From assembly GCA_038818725.1 (NCBI GenBank), contig JAWAYL010000005.1:1-51128 (forward strand): a DNA stretch of 51,128 nucleotides, in the 5' to 3' direction. This document shows positions 19,087 to 29,354 of the stretch, one piece after another. Under the pieces are notes generated by a model that was given only the letters and a program-made list of their open reading frames with translations, was not told the origin of the DNA and searched no databases. A program made the position numbers and the translations under genes. Each line of letters starts with the position of its first letter. The first letter of the stretch is position 1. This DNA is from Thermoplasmatota archaeon (GTDB taxonomy: Archaea; Thermoplasmatota; E2; UBA202; JdFR-43).

Positions 19087-19730
19087 TATATCACCCTTAC
19101 TGGCACACCCATTGTTGTTTTTATATAAGCAGAGGCAATATTCATCATTCCTCTTTCAAGCTTTCCTTCTATCCTGTGAAGCACTGCTTCTACATTTTCA
19201 GCTATATCCTCAGCAGACATATTTTCTCTACCCACAAGGCAATGAATGACTGGCTTATCCTTGGAGCGTATTCTTATACTCTTTCTTAATTTACCAACAA
19301 TTTCCGATATATCTATTTCTGGAGGGACTGGCTTAGGCATCTTCCCGCGGGGCGCAAGTATTTTACCTAAGCTTCTTCCTATAAGAGGCATCAAAGATGC
19401 TTCCGCTATAAATAAATCATATTCTTCAGCAATGATTTTTGCTTTCTTTTTATCTTCAGCAAGCTCCTTTATTTCATCTACCATTATAACCCTATCTGCC
19501 ACTCCTTTCGCTTTTAAAGCGAGTTCGCCTGTGGCAAAAACAGCAATTTTCGCTTCCTTTCCACGCCCTTTTGGAAGCTCTATTTCCTCATCTATTCTAT
19601 TTTCTGGCTTGCTCAAATCTACATCTTTTAAATTTATAACTAAATCTACTGATTGAATAAATTTCCTTTTTTTATTATTCTTTTCATCTATTGCATTTTT
19701 TACCGCTTCAACTATTTCTTTTGATGCCAT
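19086..19730 (-). CDS. rpl1: Ribosomal protein uL1
   Basis: RKF.QSVDL.INLKD, G..LAPRGKMP.P, YIKTTMG. Confidence 0.96.
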   Translation of the reverse strand: MASKEIVEAVKNAIDEKNNKKRKFIQSVDLVINLKDVDLSKPENRIDEEIELPKGRGKEAKIAVFATGELALKAKGVADRVIMVDEIKELAEDKKKAKIIAEEYDLFIAEASLMPLIGRSLGKILAPRGKMPKPVPPEIDISEIVGKLRKSIRIRSKDKPVIHCLVGRENMSAEDIAENVEAVLHRIEGKLERGMMNIASAYIKTTMGVPVRVI

Positions 19731-19826
19731 AGCTAAAAGGCAATAACTTTTTATTATATAAAGGTTATTTAATCCCCAGTAAAAAATTTAACAAATCTTA
19801 TATATTTGCCATCCATTATTTTCAGG

Positions 19827-20459
19827 ATGGGATTGCTTAGCAGAATTTCAGGATTTATTCTATCGCTTTTTGGCAAAAGGCATGTTAGAATAGGCATATA
19901 TGGGCCGCCAAATGCGGGAAAAACAACTCTTGCAAATAGAATAGCAAAAGATTGGACAGGAGAAATTGTTGGTGAAGTATCAGAAATACCTCATGAAACA
20001 AGAAAAATACAGAAAAAGGATAAGGTTATAATAAAGAAAGGAAAATCTTCTCTCACAATTGATATTATCGATACTCCAGGTATAGCAACAAAAATAGATT
20101 TTCATGATTTTATGGAATATGGTTTAAGTGAGGAAGAGGCAAAGAAGAGGGCAAAAGAAGCAACCGAAGGAGTTATAGAAGCAATAAAATGGCTTGATAA
20201 TATTGATGGAGTTATTCTGTTAATGGATAGCACAAAAAATCCTTTTACACAAGTAAATATAACAATTGTTGGAAATCTTGAAGCAAGGAGATTGCCTTTT
20301 ATAATTGCAGCAAATAAAATAGATTTAGATGGCTCTACACCTGCAACACTAAAATCAGCCTTTCCAAAACATGATGTGGTTCCTATATCCGCACTTCGAG
20401 GAATAAATATGGATTTGCTTTATGAAACAATGGTGAGGAAATTTGGCAAAGGGAAATGA
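19827..20459 (+). CDS. oapA: Small Era-like GTPase OapA/ArvA
   Basis: GIYGPPNAGKTTLANRI.KDW, PHETR, DTPG, EATEGV.EA, PFTQVN, NKID. Confidence 0.9.
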   Translation: MGLLSRISGFILSLFGKRHVRIGIYGPPNAGKTTLANRIAKDWTGEIVGEVSEIPHETRKIQKKDKVIIKKGKSSLTIDIIDTPGIATKIDFHDFMEYGLSEEEAKKRAKEATEGVIEAIKWLDNIDGVILLMDSTKNPFTQVNITIVGNLEARRLPFIIAANKIDLDGSTPATLKSAFPKHDVVPISALRGINMDLLYETMVRKFGKGK

Positions 20460-20796
20460 AATAAATATAAGTTTTATTGCACAAGAAAAGTTAAATAATC
20501 TAAGTAGTGAGGAAAAGTTAAAATTTATTTTAAAAGAGGTTAAAAAAGGGCATATACTTGTGCTTGAAAGCGGTTTATCGTCTGAAGAACAGGCAAAGCT
20601 TATAGAAATGACAATGGAGGACATAGATGATGGTTTTGTTGGGATAGAAATGGAAAGCTATATGGAAGAAAAAAAAGGTTTCTGGCAAAAATTTTTTGGC
20701 AAAAAAAATAGAATGACAATTGTTGGACCAGCTGATAAATTAAAAACAATTTACAGAGATAAAGAAGTTATAAAAACAATTATAAAGGCGGGTTAA
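20443..20796 (+). CDS. oapB: DUF2073 protein OapB/ArvB
   Basis: I.VLE.GL..EEQAKLIE.TM, F.GIE.E, T.VGPA. Confidence 0.88.
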   Translation: MAKGNEINISFIAQEKLNNLSSEEKLKFILKEVKKGHILVLESGLSSEEQAKLIEMTMEDIDDGFVGIEMESYMEEKKGFWQKFFGKKNRMTIVGPADKLKTIYRDKEVIKTIIKAG

Positions 20797-21189
20797 ATGG
20801 CTCACCAATGCTTGAATTGTGGAAAAATATTTACAGATACAAAAATTATTGAAAAAGGATGCCCAAATTGCGGAGGAAAATTTTTTTACTATATTAGAAA
20901 ACCTATTGAATTAGAAAAGAGGAAGAAAATACAGAAGAAAATAGAGGAAAAAATTTTTGAAGTAGAAAGAGAAAAGGTAGAAAATATAATGAAAAGAATG
21001 GAGGCAGAAAAGGAAAGAGTGGAAAAAGAAGCAGAGGAAATGGTAAAAAAAATAGAAAGTATAAACATAAAAGAAATAGGGGATTATGAAATAAATGTTA
21101 AAAAACTTGTTGAGGATGGCTCAATAATAATAAGGAGAGAAGGGGTCTATTTTATCTATCTTCCATCGCTCCTCAAAAAGAAAAAATAA
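20797..21189 (+). CDS. oapC: DUF2072 Zn-ribbon protein OapC/ArvC
   Basis: HQC.NCG...GCPNCGG.FF.Y; IESI.I...G.YEIN; G.Y.I.L. Confidence 0.88.
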   Translation: MAHQCLNCGKIFTDTKIIEKGCPNCGGKFFYYIRKPIELEKRKKIQKKIEEKIFEVEREKVENIMKRMEAEKERVEKEAEEMVKKIESINIKEIGDYEINVKKLVEDGSIIIRREGVYFIYLPSLLKKKK

Positions 21190-21214
21190 TATATTTCTTT
21201 CCTTTTCAATTTCC

Positions 21215-21973
21215 ATGATAAGGGATATAGAGATAACAAAAATAATAGTTGAAACATTTTTAGAAGAATTTTTAAAAAATCTTGAGATAGATGTAGCAAT
21301 AGCTGGCGCGGGCCCATCCGGCTTGACCGCTGCAAGATATCTTGCAAAAAATGGAAAAAAAGTTATGGTATTTGAAAGAAATCTTTCACCTGGCGGGGGT
21401 ATGTGGGGGGGAGGAATTGGGTTTCCATTTATTGTTATGAAAGAAGGGAAAGAATTGCTTGAAGAAGTAGGGGTGAAATGCTTTAAGAGAGATGGTTACT
21501 GGGTTGCAAATTCAATTGAGGCGGTTTCAAAACTTGTTTCATCTGCTATAGACAACGGTGCAAGAATTTTCAATGGTATGACTATTGAAGATGTAATGGT
21601 GAGAAACGGAAAAATTAATGGTGTTGTAATAAACTGGAGTGCAATAAAAGAAGCTAAAATGCATGTTGATCCAGTTGCTATAGAAGCAAAATTTGTCATA
21701 GATGCAACAGGACACGATTGCAATATTGCAAGAATTGTGGAAAAAAAATATGGACTTAATACTCCTACAAAAAGAATAGAGGGAGAAAAAGCAATGTGGG
21801 CTGATGAGGGAGAAAAAAAGACTGTTGAAAATACAGGAGAAATTTTTCCAGGATTGTATGTTGCGGGAATGGCTGCAAACGCGGTTTTTGGCGCCCCTCG
21901 CATGGGGCCGATTTTTGGAGGAATGCTTCTTTCTGGAAAAAAAGTTGCGGAACTTATAATTAAAAAAATTTAG
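21215..21973 (+). CDS. thi4: Sulfide-dependent adenosine diphosphate thiazole synthase Thi4
   Basis: GAGPSGL, GGG.WGGG, HVDP (His-type, non-Cys), DATGHD, PRMGPIFGGM. Confidence 0.93.
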   Translation: MIRDIEITKIIVETFLEEFLKNLEIDVAIAGAGPSGLTAARYLAKNGKKVMVFERNLSPGGGMWGGGIGFPFIVMKEGKELLEEVGVKCFKRDGYWVANSIEAVSKLVSSAIDNGARIFNGMTIEDVMVRNGKINGVVINWSAIKEAKMHVDPVAIEAKFVIDATGHDCNIARIVEKKYGLNTPTKRIEGEKAMWADEGEKKTVENTGEIFPGLYVAGMAANAVFGAPRMGPIFGGMLLSGKKVAELIIKKI

Positions 21974-22009
21974 CAGAAAAATTAATATTTGCCTTTTTCT
22001 TTTGATGGC

Positions 22010-22723
22010 GTGATTCCAAGAGCTGCATATGACTGGGAAATTACTGTATTCAGCCCAGATGGAAGATTATTTCAAGTAGAATACGCAAGAGAGGCGGTAA
22101 AGCGTGGCACTACAACTGTTGGAATAAAATTCAAGAAAGGAGTTGCTCTTATAGTTGATAAAAGAATAACTTCTCGCCTCATAGAGCCAGCTTCAATAGA
22201 GAAAATATTCAAAATAGATGAGCATATTGGATGCGCTACTTCTGGCTTGGTTGCTGATGCAAGAGCGTTAGTAGAGAGAGCAAGAATTGAGGCGCAAATA
22301 AATAGGCTAACATATGATAAACCAATACAGGTTAAAACTTTAACAAGGAAAATATGTGACTTCAAGCAAACTTATACTCAATATGGAGGGGTTCGTCCTT
22401 TTGGAACTGCATTGCTTATAGGAGGAATAGATGAAAGCGGTGCTCATCTTTTTGCAACTGATCCAAGCGGAGCAATGGTTGAATATAAGGCAACTGCTGA
22501 AGGAGAAGGAAGAGATGCAGCAATTGAATATTTTGAGAAAAATTATAAGGAAAATTTAAGCTTAGAAGAAGCAATAGAAATGGGAATTGAGGCAATGAGA
22601 ATTTCAAAAGAAGATAAAAAATTGGATAAAGAAGCAATAGAAATTGGGGTTGTTGAAGAAGGAAAGGAATTTAGAATATTATCAAAAAAGGAGATAGAGA
22701 AATATTTTAAAGGTGAGCAATAA
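22010..22723 (+). CDS. psmA: Proteasome alpha subunit
   Basis: [37 protein letters not shown]; GTG start chosen. Confidence 0.96.
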   Translation: MIPRAAYDWEITVFSPDGRLFQVEYAREAVKRGTTTVGIKFKKGVALIVDKRITSRLIEPASIEKIFKIDEHIGCATSGLVADARALVERARIEAQINRLTYDKPIQVKTLTRKICDFKQTYTQYGGVRPFGTALLIGGIDESGAHLFATDPSGAMVEYKATAEGEGRDAAIEYFEKNYKENLSLEEAIEMGIEAMRISKEDKKLDKEAIEIGVVEEGKEFRILSKKEIEKYFKGEQ

Positions 22724-23415
22724 TGGTATCACTTGATGAAGCAGTTATTGCAAGATATGAAAAAAAAGGAAAGCATTTTGAAATATTGGTTGATCCAGAT
22801 GCCGTTGAAAAAATTCTCGAAGGCAAAAAAAATGTTTTAGAGGTACTTGCGGTAGATGCGGTTTTTAAAGATGCAAGGAAAGGCGATAAAGCAAGTGAGG
22901 AATCATTAAAAGAAGTTTTCGGAACTTTAAAAATTGATGAAATAGCTCTTAAAATTATAAAAGAAGGAGAAATACAATTAACTGTAAAGCAGAGAAGAGA
23001 AATGATAGAGAGAAAGAAGAAAGCAATAATTGACTGGATTGCTCGCTATTCAATGGACCCACATACAAAGCTACCTCATCCGAGAGATAGAATAGAAAGG
23101 GCGATGGAGGAGGCAAAAGTTAATATAGATGCTTTTAAGCCAGTAGAGGAGCAGGTTAAGAAAGTTATTGATGCAATAAGACCCATAATTCCAATAAGCA
23201 TAGAAAATGTTAAAATAGAGATTGTTATTCCATCAGCTTATTCAGGTAGAGCATATGGTGAAATTATGAAAATATCAAAAATATTAAAAGAAGAATGGCT
23301 TTCCAATGGGAATTTGAAATGCATTGTGGAGATTCCAGCCGGAATGCAGGCTGAACTTTATGAAAAACTAAATAGCATGACGAAAGGAGAAGTTGTTTCA
23401 AAAATTTTAAAATGA
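22723..23415 (+). CDS. Ribosome maturation factor SBDS/Sdo1
   Basis: FEILVDP, F.DA.KG, GEIQLT..QR, PHP..RIE.AM. Confidence 0.95.
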   Translation: MVSLDEAVIARYEKKGKHFEILVDPDAVEKILEGKKNVLEVLAVDAVFKDARKGDKASEESLKEVFGTLKIDEIALKIIKEGEIQLTVKQRREMIERKKKAIIDWIARYSMDPHTKLPHPRDRIERAMEEAKVNIDAFKPVEEQVKKVIDAIRPIIPISIENVKIEIVIPSAYSGRAYGEIMKISKILKEEWLSNGNLKCIVEIPAGMQAELYEKLNSMTKGEVVSKILK

Positions 23416-24062
23416 TAAGAAAAATCGTTTTACCAGGCTCTTTAGTAGGAGATAAAAGCAAGCTACCAGGTAAAGGGACATTTAGAGAAGGGGAAAATAT
23501 ATATTCTTCTCGCCTTGGTATTTTAGAGGAAAAGGGAAAATATGTAAATGTTATTCCTCTAAGTGGAGTATATATTCCAAATGTTGGTGATACAATAATA
23601 GGAATAGTTGAAGAAGTTTATAGGAATGGATGGATTATTGATATAAAATCGCCATATTCAGCTTTCCTATCAATAGAAAATTCTCCATGGGAAATGGGTT
23701 ATGGAGAAACATCAAAATATCTTAAAGAAAAGGACATAATAATAGGAATTATATCAAATGTTGATGAAGCAAAAAACATTGATGTTTCAATGAAAGATAA
23801 GCAGTGCAGAAAAATAGAGGATGGAATTGTGATTGACATACAGCCATCAAAAGTTCCTAGAGTGATAGGTAAAAAAGGATCGATGCTTTCTACTCTTAAA
23901 AGATATACTGGTTGCTGGATATTTGTAGGACAAAATGGAAGAATATGGCTAAAAGGAGAAGATGAAAAAGTTAATTTGGCTGTTGAAGCAATAAAGAAAA
24001 TTGAAAAAGAAGCTCACACCTTTGGACTAACTGAAAGAATTATAAAAATGTTAGGTGGTTAA
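23412..24062 (+). CDS. rrp4: Exosome RNA-binding subunit Rrp4
   Basis: YIP.VGD.IIG S1 domain; VPRVIGKKGSM KH domain; GQNGRIW. Confidence 0.94.
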   Translation: MIRKIVLPGSLVGDKSKLPGKGTFREGENIYSSRLGILEEKGKYVNVIPLSGVYIPNVGDTIIGIVEEVYRNGWIIDIKSPYSAFLSIENSPWEMGYGETSKYLKEKDIIIGIISNVDEAKNIDVSMKDKQCRKIEDGIVIDIQPSKVPRVIGKKGSMLSTLKRYTGCWIFVGQNGRIWLKGEDEKVNLAVEAIKKIEKEAHTFGLTERIIKMLGG

Positions 24063-24761
24063 ATGAAAGATGGATTGAGAATTGATGGAAGAAGACCCGA
24101 TGAGCTAAGAAAAATAAAAATTGAGGCGGGAGTGCTTTATCGTGCTGATGGTTCATGTTATATAGAATGGGGAGGAAATAAAATACTTGCAGCAGTTTAT
24201 GGACCAAGAGAAGCACTGCCCCGCCATATTCAGAATCCAACAAAAGCACTTGTAAATGCAAGATATAATATGGCGTCTTTTAGCGTTGAAGAAAGGAAAA
24301 AGCCTGGTCCAGATAGGAGAAGTACTGAAATATCGAAGGTAATTTCAGAAGCGCTTGAAAGCGTAATTTTCACTGAGCTTTTTCCAAGAACAACCATTGA
24401 TATATGTATTGAAGTGCTAGATGCAGAAGCTGGCACAAGATGCGCGGGCCTTACAGCGGCGGGCGTTGCGCTGGCTGATGCGGGCATACCAATGCGTGAC
24501 ATACCTGTTGCGTGTGCGGCGGGTAAGGTTGATGGGGTTGTTGTTCTTGATTTGACCAGTGAAGAAGATAAGAAAGGGGAAGCGGACTTGCCTGTTGCAA
24601 TTGCCCCAAGAAATGAAGAGATTCTTTTGATGCAGATGGATGGACATCTTACATATAAAGAATTTGAAGAAGCTCTTGAACTAGCAATTAAAGGATGTAG
24701 GGAAGTGGCGAAATTGCAGAAAGAAGCATTGCTAAAGAAATATGCAAAAGAGGTGGAATGA
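24063..24761 (+). CDS. rrp41: Exosome exonuclease Rrp41
   Basis: R.DGR..DELR, ADGS, YNMA.FS..ERK, AGTRCA, ED..G.AD. Confidence 0.96.
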   Translation: MKDGLRIDGRRPDELRKIKIEAGVLYRADGSCYIEWGGNKILAAVYGPREALPRHIQNPTKALVNARYNMASFSVEERKKPGPDRRSTEISKVISEALESVIFTELFPRTTIDICIEVLDAEAGTRCAGLTAAGVALADAGIPMRDIPVACAAGKVDGVVVLDLTSEEDKKGEADLPVAIAPRNEEILLMQMDGHLTYKEFEEALELAIKGCREVAKLQKEALLKKYAKEVE

Positions 24762-25549
24762 TGGATATATCTGATTTGGCAAGGTTATCAAGTGTTAAAA
24801 AGGATTATCTTTTAAAGCTTGCAAAAGAAGGCAAAAGATGTGATGGAAGAAAATTTGATGAATATAGGGAGATAAAAATTGAGAGAAATATTTTAAAAAA
24901 TGCGGAAGGCTCAGCAAGGGTAAAAATAGGAAATACAATGGTGGTAGCGGGAATAAAGCTTGAAGTTGGCGAGCCATACGCTGATTCCCCAGATAAAGGG
25001 GCTTTATCAACATCTGCTGAATTGCCTCCCTTGGCATCTCCAGAGTTTGAGCCAGGCCCTCCTACACCTGAGGCAATTGAGCTTGCAAGAGTTGTTGATC
25101 GAGGCATAAGAGAATCTGAATATATAGAAATGGAAAAACTCTGCATAACTCCTGGAGAAAAGGTATGGATTGTTTTTATTGATTTGCATGTTATAGATTA
25201 TGATGGGAATCTTTTTGATGCTTGCTTGCTCGCTGCTTCAGCCGCCTTGCAGAATGCAGTTATACCAAATGAGAGATTTGGGCTAGGAGAAAATATGCCT
25301 TTGCCTGTTAGAAGTCCGCCTGTGAGCTGCACATTTGTTAAGTTTGATAATGCAATAGTTGTTGATCCTTGTGCAGATGAAGAAGAAGCTGCTGATGCTA
25401 GATTTACCGTTACACTTGATGAGAAAGGGGATATAAGAGCAATGCAGAAAGGGCTTAGTGGGCGATTTACAATTGAGGAAATAAAAAATAATATAAAGCG
25501 TGCACAATTTCATGCAAGCAATATAAGAAAATTGCTGGTGATAAAATGA
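24758..25549 (+). CDS. rrp42: Exosome subunit Rrp42
   Basis: [34 protein letters not shown]. Confidence 0.95.
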   Translation: MMDISDLARLSSVKKDYLLKLAKEGKRCDGRKFDEYREIKIERNILKNAEGSARVKIGNTMVVAGIKLEVGEPYADSPDKGALSTSAELPPLASPEFEPGPPTPEAIELARVVDRGIRESEYIEMEKLCITPGEKVWIVFIDLHVIDYDGNLFDACLLAASAALQNAVIPNERFGLGENMPLPVRSPPVSCTFVKFDNAIVVDPCADEEEAADARFTVTLDEKGDIRAMQKGLSGRFTIEEIKNNIKRAQFHASNIRKLLVIK

Positions 25550-25812
25550 GGACAAAGAAAGTTAAATCTGCAGGTAAATTTGGAGCAAGATATGGAGTTA
25601 AAACCCGCCATATATACCGTGAGATAGATGAAAAGCAGAGACAAAAATATTTATGCCCAAAATGCGGGAGAAAAGCAGTAAAGCGAGAAAGCACAGGAAT
25701 ATGGGTATGCAGAAAATGCGATGCAAAGTTTGCTGGAGGAGCATATATACCAGAAACAATAGTTAAAAAAAGCGTTGATCAGACAATAAAAAGCATATTG
25801 GGTGAAGCATGA
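25546..25812 (+). CDS. rpl37ae: Ribosomal protein eL43 (L37Ae)
   Basis: G.FGARYG, CP.C...GIW.C.KC, FAGGAY. Confidence 0.95.
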   Translation: MRTKKVKSAGKFGARYGVKTRHIYREIDEKQRQKYLCPKCGRKAVKRESTGIWVCRKCDAKFAGGAYIPETIVKKSVDQTIKSILGEA

Positions 25813-25949
25813 TAATTTATGTATGTGGTAAATGTGGTGAAAGAGTAGAAATTGATTTTGAAAGAATGGGGATGAGATGCCCTAAATGTGGGGGAAAAAT
25901 ATTTTATAAGGAAAGAGGGCCCATTGCAAAAGATATAAAAGCAAGATGA
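25809..25949 (+). CDS. rpoP: RNA polymerase subunit Rpo12 (P), 46 aa, missing from the ORF track
   Basis: [46 protein letters not shown]; canonical position after rpl37ae. Confidence 0.93.
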   Translation: MIIYVCGKCGERVEIDFERMGMRCPKCGGKIFYKERGPIAKDIKAR

Positions 25950-26164
25950 ACATAAACCTTGAAATAGATGGCAAATATAATGATTTAATTTTAAATGCTT
26001 TAAAAGGTGAAATTACTCCTAATGCTGATGTTAAAATTTATAAAAAAGAAAAAAAATTATATATTGAAATTGAGACAAAAAGCATATCAAATGCAAGAGC
26101 TGCAATCAATTCTTTCGCAAGATGGATTGATATGGTTGAAAAAATTGCATCATTTATTTTTTAA
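25946..26164 (+). CDS. pcc1: KEOPS complex subunit Pcc1-like
   Basis: L.I.I.....RAAINS..RWI motif; synteny after rpoP. Confidence 0.8.
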   Translation: MNINLEIDGKYNDLILNALKGEITPNADVKIYKKEKKLYIEIETKSISNARAAINSFARWIDMVEKIASFIF

Positions 26165-26413
26165 TTTTTCATACTCTTTTTTTACCAATTTGTCAACAAA
26201 AGTTGATGAAAAAGCATGAATAAAATGGGTTATTAAACCTATGCCCCATCCAAATAAGGAAAAGATAAACCACGGGAATTTTTTATCAGATGAAAAATAC
26301 CAGATTATAAAAAGAAAAATATTTACAACTATGTAAATTAGAAGATGAGTATAAAATGCTATTTTTCCTTCTGCTCTTTTTATGGCTATTCTTTCTAACT
26401 CATCGATTTTCAT
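26150..26413 (-). CDS. 2TM-domain membrane protein
   Basis: FY.HL..Y..VN...W......GWGIGL..H pattern. Confidence 0.85.
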   Translation of the reverse strand: MKIDELERIAIKRAEGKIAFYTHLLIYIVVNIFLFIIWYFSSDKKFPWFIFSLFGWGIGLITHFIHAFSSTFVDKLVKKEYEKLKNK

Positions 26414-26461
26414 TTATATAATAAACAAAATTTTTATAAAAGGCTTTTCAAATTTTTGGTT

Positions 26462-26779
26462 ATGAAAGAGTTTGATGAAATTATTGACGAAATAAAATTT
26501 TTTATAGAGGAAAGAGAATGGGATAAATATCATACTCCAAAAAATATAGCGATATCTATCTCTATAGAAGCAAATGAATTGCTCGAAAAGTTTCAATGGA
26601 ATGACTTGTCCTTTCAGGAGATAGTAAATGATAAAAAGATAAGAGAGGAAGTAGCAAATGAGTTAGCGGATGTTTTTATATATTCTCTTATTTTTTTAAT
26701 TAAAGCGAAAATGAATTTTGGAGAAATCATAAAAAAGAAAATGGAGAAAAATAGAGAAAAATATCCTATAAGCCAGTAG
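26462..26779 (+). CDS. MazG-like nucleotide pyrophosphohydrolase (dCTPase-like)
   Basis: EREW..YH.PKN.A.....EA.ELLE.FQW, ELADV, K...N..KYP. Confidence 0.88.
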   Translation: MKEFDEIIDEIKFFIEEREWDKYHTPKNIAISISIEANELLEKFQWNDLSFQEIVNDKKIREEVANELADVFIYSLIFLIKAKMNFGEIIKKKMEKNREKYPISQ

Positions 26780-28028
26780 TTATATTAACATTATTTACAA
26801 CTGCGTATGGCGAAAAAACTGGATGAGAAGTTTCCCACCAATATATCTGTTTTCTTTCTTTAGAAATCTCTTCTATATTTTTAAAAATTTTTTCAATATT
26901 GTCGCTTATTCTTATTCCTTTTAAAGCATATAAAATTTCTCCTTTCTTTACTAAAAATGCCATATCCCTTGCAACAGTAGAGAAATCTCCGGTGCGATAA
27001 TTATTAAATCTTGTATACCATAAATTTGTTATGAAAATCCCATCTAGCTCTTCTATAATTTCATCTTTTTTGCAATCTCCTTTTCTTATAATTGTATTCC
27101 AAGGAGTGGGAACAACTATTCCTGCGTTTCCTGTTGTATTTTTTCCATATTCTTTTGCAGTTGTGCTATTATGAAGATAATTTTTTAAAATTCCATCTTT
27201 AACTATAACTGTTTTTCTTGTAGCAACACCTTCATCATCAAATTTTCTTGAAAACAAACCATTTTTTTCAACTCCGCTATCATATATACTTATTTTTTCA
27301 TTTGCTATTTTTTTACCTATTTTTTTATCCATAAAAGAATAGCCAGATTTTACAAGAAACGCAGATGAAAAATCTGCAAAATTTGATGAAAGATTTGCAA
27401 ATGCAAGAGGAGAAAATAAAACCTTATATTTTCCTTCTTTAACTTTTTTAAATTTTATCTTTTGATTTATATATTCTTTCGCCTCCTCTATCTCTTTTTC
27501 ATCTATTTCATCTATTTTTCTTGAACAAAAGTTATAATGTTCTGATTTATTATTTTTTACCATTCTCGATGAGATATAAAACATGCTATTTTCATCTGAT
27601 TCATCTATACCTTTTGAATTCATTAATCTTATATTTTCTATTCTGCTATATAAAATCCCAGCGGTTTCTCCATCTGATAAATTTATAATCTTATTTGTAA
27701 TATCTAAAATTTTTTCTTCATCAATGACATTTCTATCAAAAATTTTTCTATTTGAATAATTTTTATCAACGCTTATTGAAAATGGTGAATAAGGAATAAA
27801 TTTAAAAAATTTTTTTGCATCTTCGATTCTTTTTTTAATTTTTTTTCTATCTGGATTTTCAATTGAAAATGCCATCTTTTTACCATCTTTATATAGAGTT
27901 AAATAAATTTCTCTCTTTTTCCATGTATTCAAAATTTCTACTTTATTTCTATAAAATCTAACCTGCTTTTCTATCGATTCTTTTTCCTTAATAATATATT
28001 CATCAAATTCTTTCAAATATTCAATCAT
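26766..28028 (-). CDS. TldE/PmbA family protein
   Basis: FDDEGV, G.L..YLH...TA, TTGNAG, WYTRF.N...GDFS; no HExxH. Confidence 0.85.
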   Translation of the reverse strand: MIEYLKEFDEYIIKEKESIEKQVRFYRNKVEILNTWKKREIYLTLYKDGKKMAFSIENPDRKKIKKRIEDAKKFFKFIPYSPFSISVDKNYSNRKIFDRNVIDEEKILDITNKIINLSDGETAGILYSRIENIRLMNSKGIDESDENSMFYISSRMVKNNKSEHYNFCSRKIDEIDEKEIEEAKEYINQKIKFKKVKEGKYKVLFSPLAFANLSSNFADFSSAFLVKSGYSFMDKKIGKKIANEKISIYDSGVEKNGLFSRKFDDEGVATRKTVIVKDGILKNYLHNSTTAKEYGKNTTGNAGIVVPTPWNTIIRKGDCKKDEIIEELDGIFITNLWYTRFNNYRTGDFSTVARDMAFLVKKGEILYALKGIRISDNIEKIFKNIEEISKERKQIYWWETSHPVFSPYAVVNNVNITTGL

Positions 28029-29353
28029 TTTATCCTCACATTTCTAAGCCTTATGTTTGCTCCTCCAGTAAAAACTTCCATATCCTGTATTGGCTCACTC
28101 TTTCCACATGTAGCTGGGTAAAATTCAATTTTCTTACCAACCGCATCAATCTTTGAAAAAATTTCAAAAGTAGAAAGCTCTATTGATGGATGTTTTGCAA
28201 TTCCTGAAATCTCGCCATTTTTTATTATATAAGCTTCATTTCCTACATATTTCTGATTTATTCTTTTATCATCTATATTCCATTCCATAAATGTTACCAT
28301 ATAAATGCCTTCCTTAATTTCCTCAACCATTTCCTCGAAATTATAATCACCTGGCTTGAAATATGTATTTGCCATTCTTATGATTGGCTCTTTTCCATAG
28401 CACGCTCTTGCAGATGCATTGCTTTTGCAATTCATTTCATATGCAGTTTGGCGATTATGCAAAAATTCATTTATTTTCCCTTCCTTAATTAATTCTCTTT
28501 TCCTTGCTTTAACTCCTTCATCATCATATTTATAGTAGCCATAAGCCTTCTCAATTAAAGGATTGTCTTCAATGCTCACCACTTCATTTGCAATTTTTTT
28601 ACCCAACATATTTTTCTTTATATATGACTTTCCCGCCTGCGCGAGCTCACGCCCCACTATGCGATCTGCTTCAAAGGGGTGGCCGCATCCTTCATGAGCA
28701 ATTAAACCGCTTATCATAGGGGCTAGAATTACATCTCCTATTTTTGGAGCTTTTTTTCCTTTTTTTATTTTTTTAAGGAAATTTATGTCTTCTTCCATTT
28801 TTTCCTCCACTTTCCATTCTTTAATCGCTTCACATCCTCCAGCATTTCCAAATTCTCTGCTCGCCTGCTCTTCATCAACTGTTATTAAATAGTGAAGATA
28901 AATCCTTGGAATTTTTGAATAAATTCTGCTTCCTTCGCTGTTCATATATATTTTTTCACTCTTTTTTTCTCTAAAATATATAAAATTTTTCTTATTTAAC
29001 CTACTTAAATCTTTCAATAAATCAATTTTTTCATCAGTTTGAAGAAATTTTCCCTTTATCCCATAACTATCTTCATTTACCTCTTCTTCGCTTAAAAAAA
29101 TTTTATTTTTCCCTCTCGCAGACTTTTCTGCTATTCTCAAGCCCTTTTTAATTTCTTTTTTATTAACAACATTCGATGAATAAAAGCCAATTCCAAAATC
29201 AATTACTCTTATTGAAAAACCATATTTTTCATCAATTTCAGTATCTACAAGCCCACCATCTACAAATGTAATTTCCTCTATCTTTTCCTTTTCTATCCTT
29301 ATTTCTGTATAATATTTTGAATTTTCTATTGCATATTCTGCAAGTTCAATCAT
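28025..29353 (-). CDS. tldD: TldD family metalloprotease
   Basis: HEGCGHPFEAD, YDDEGV, RMANT, CGK.EP.Q. Confidence 0.88.
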   Translation of the reverse strand: MIELAEYAIENSKYYTEIRIEKEKIEEITFVDGGLVDTEIDEKYGFSIRVIDFGIGFYSSNVVNKKEIKKGLRIAEKSARGKNKIFLSEEEVNEDSYGIKGKFLQTDEKIDLLKDLSRLNKKNFIYFREKKSEKIYMNSEGSRIYSKIPRIYLHYLITVDEEQASREFGNAGGCEAIKEWKVEEKMEEDINFLKKIKKGKKAPKIGDVILAPMISGLIAHEGCGHPFEADRIVGRELAQAGKSYIKKNMLGKKIANEVVSIEDNPLIEKAYGYYKYDDEGVKARKRELIKEGKINEFLHNRQTAYEMNCKSNASARACYGKEPIIRMANTYFKPGDYNFEEMVEEIKEGIYMVTFMEWNIDDKRINQKYVGNEAYIIKNGEISGIAKHPSIELSTFEIFSKIDAVGKKIEFYPATCGKSEPIQDMEVFTGGANIRLRNVRIK

Positions 29354-29354
29354 T

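Noticed and set aside
19731-19826. Replication origin beside oapA
   Set aside because: Under 100 bp, no ORB repeats visible, no cdc6
21215-21973. His-type (non-suicidal) Thi4 as a novelty
   Set aside because: Already well described for anaerobic and thermophilic archaea
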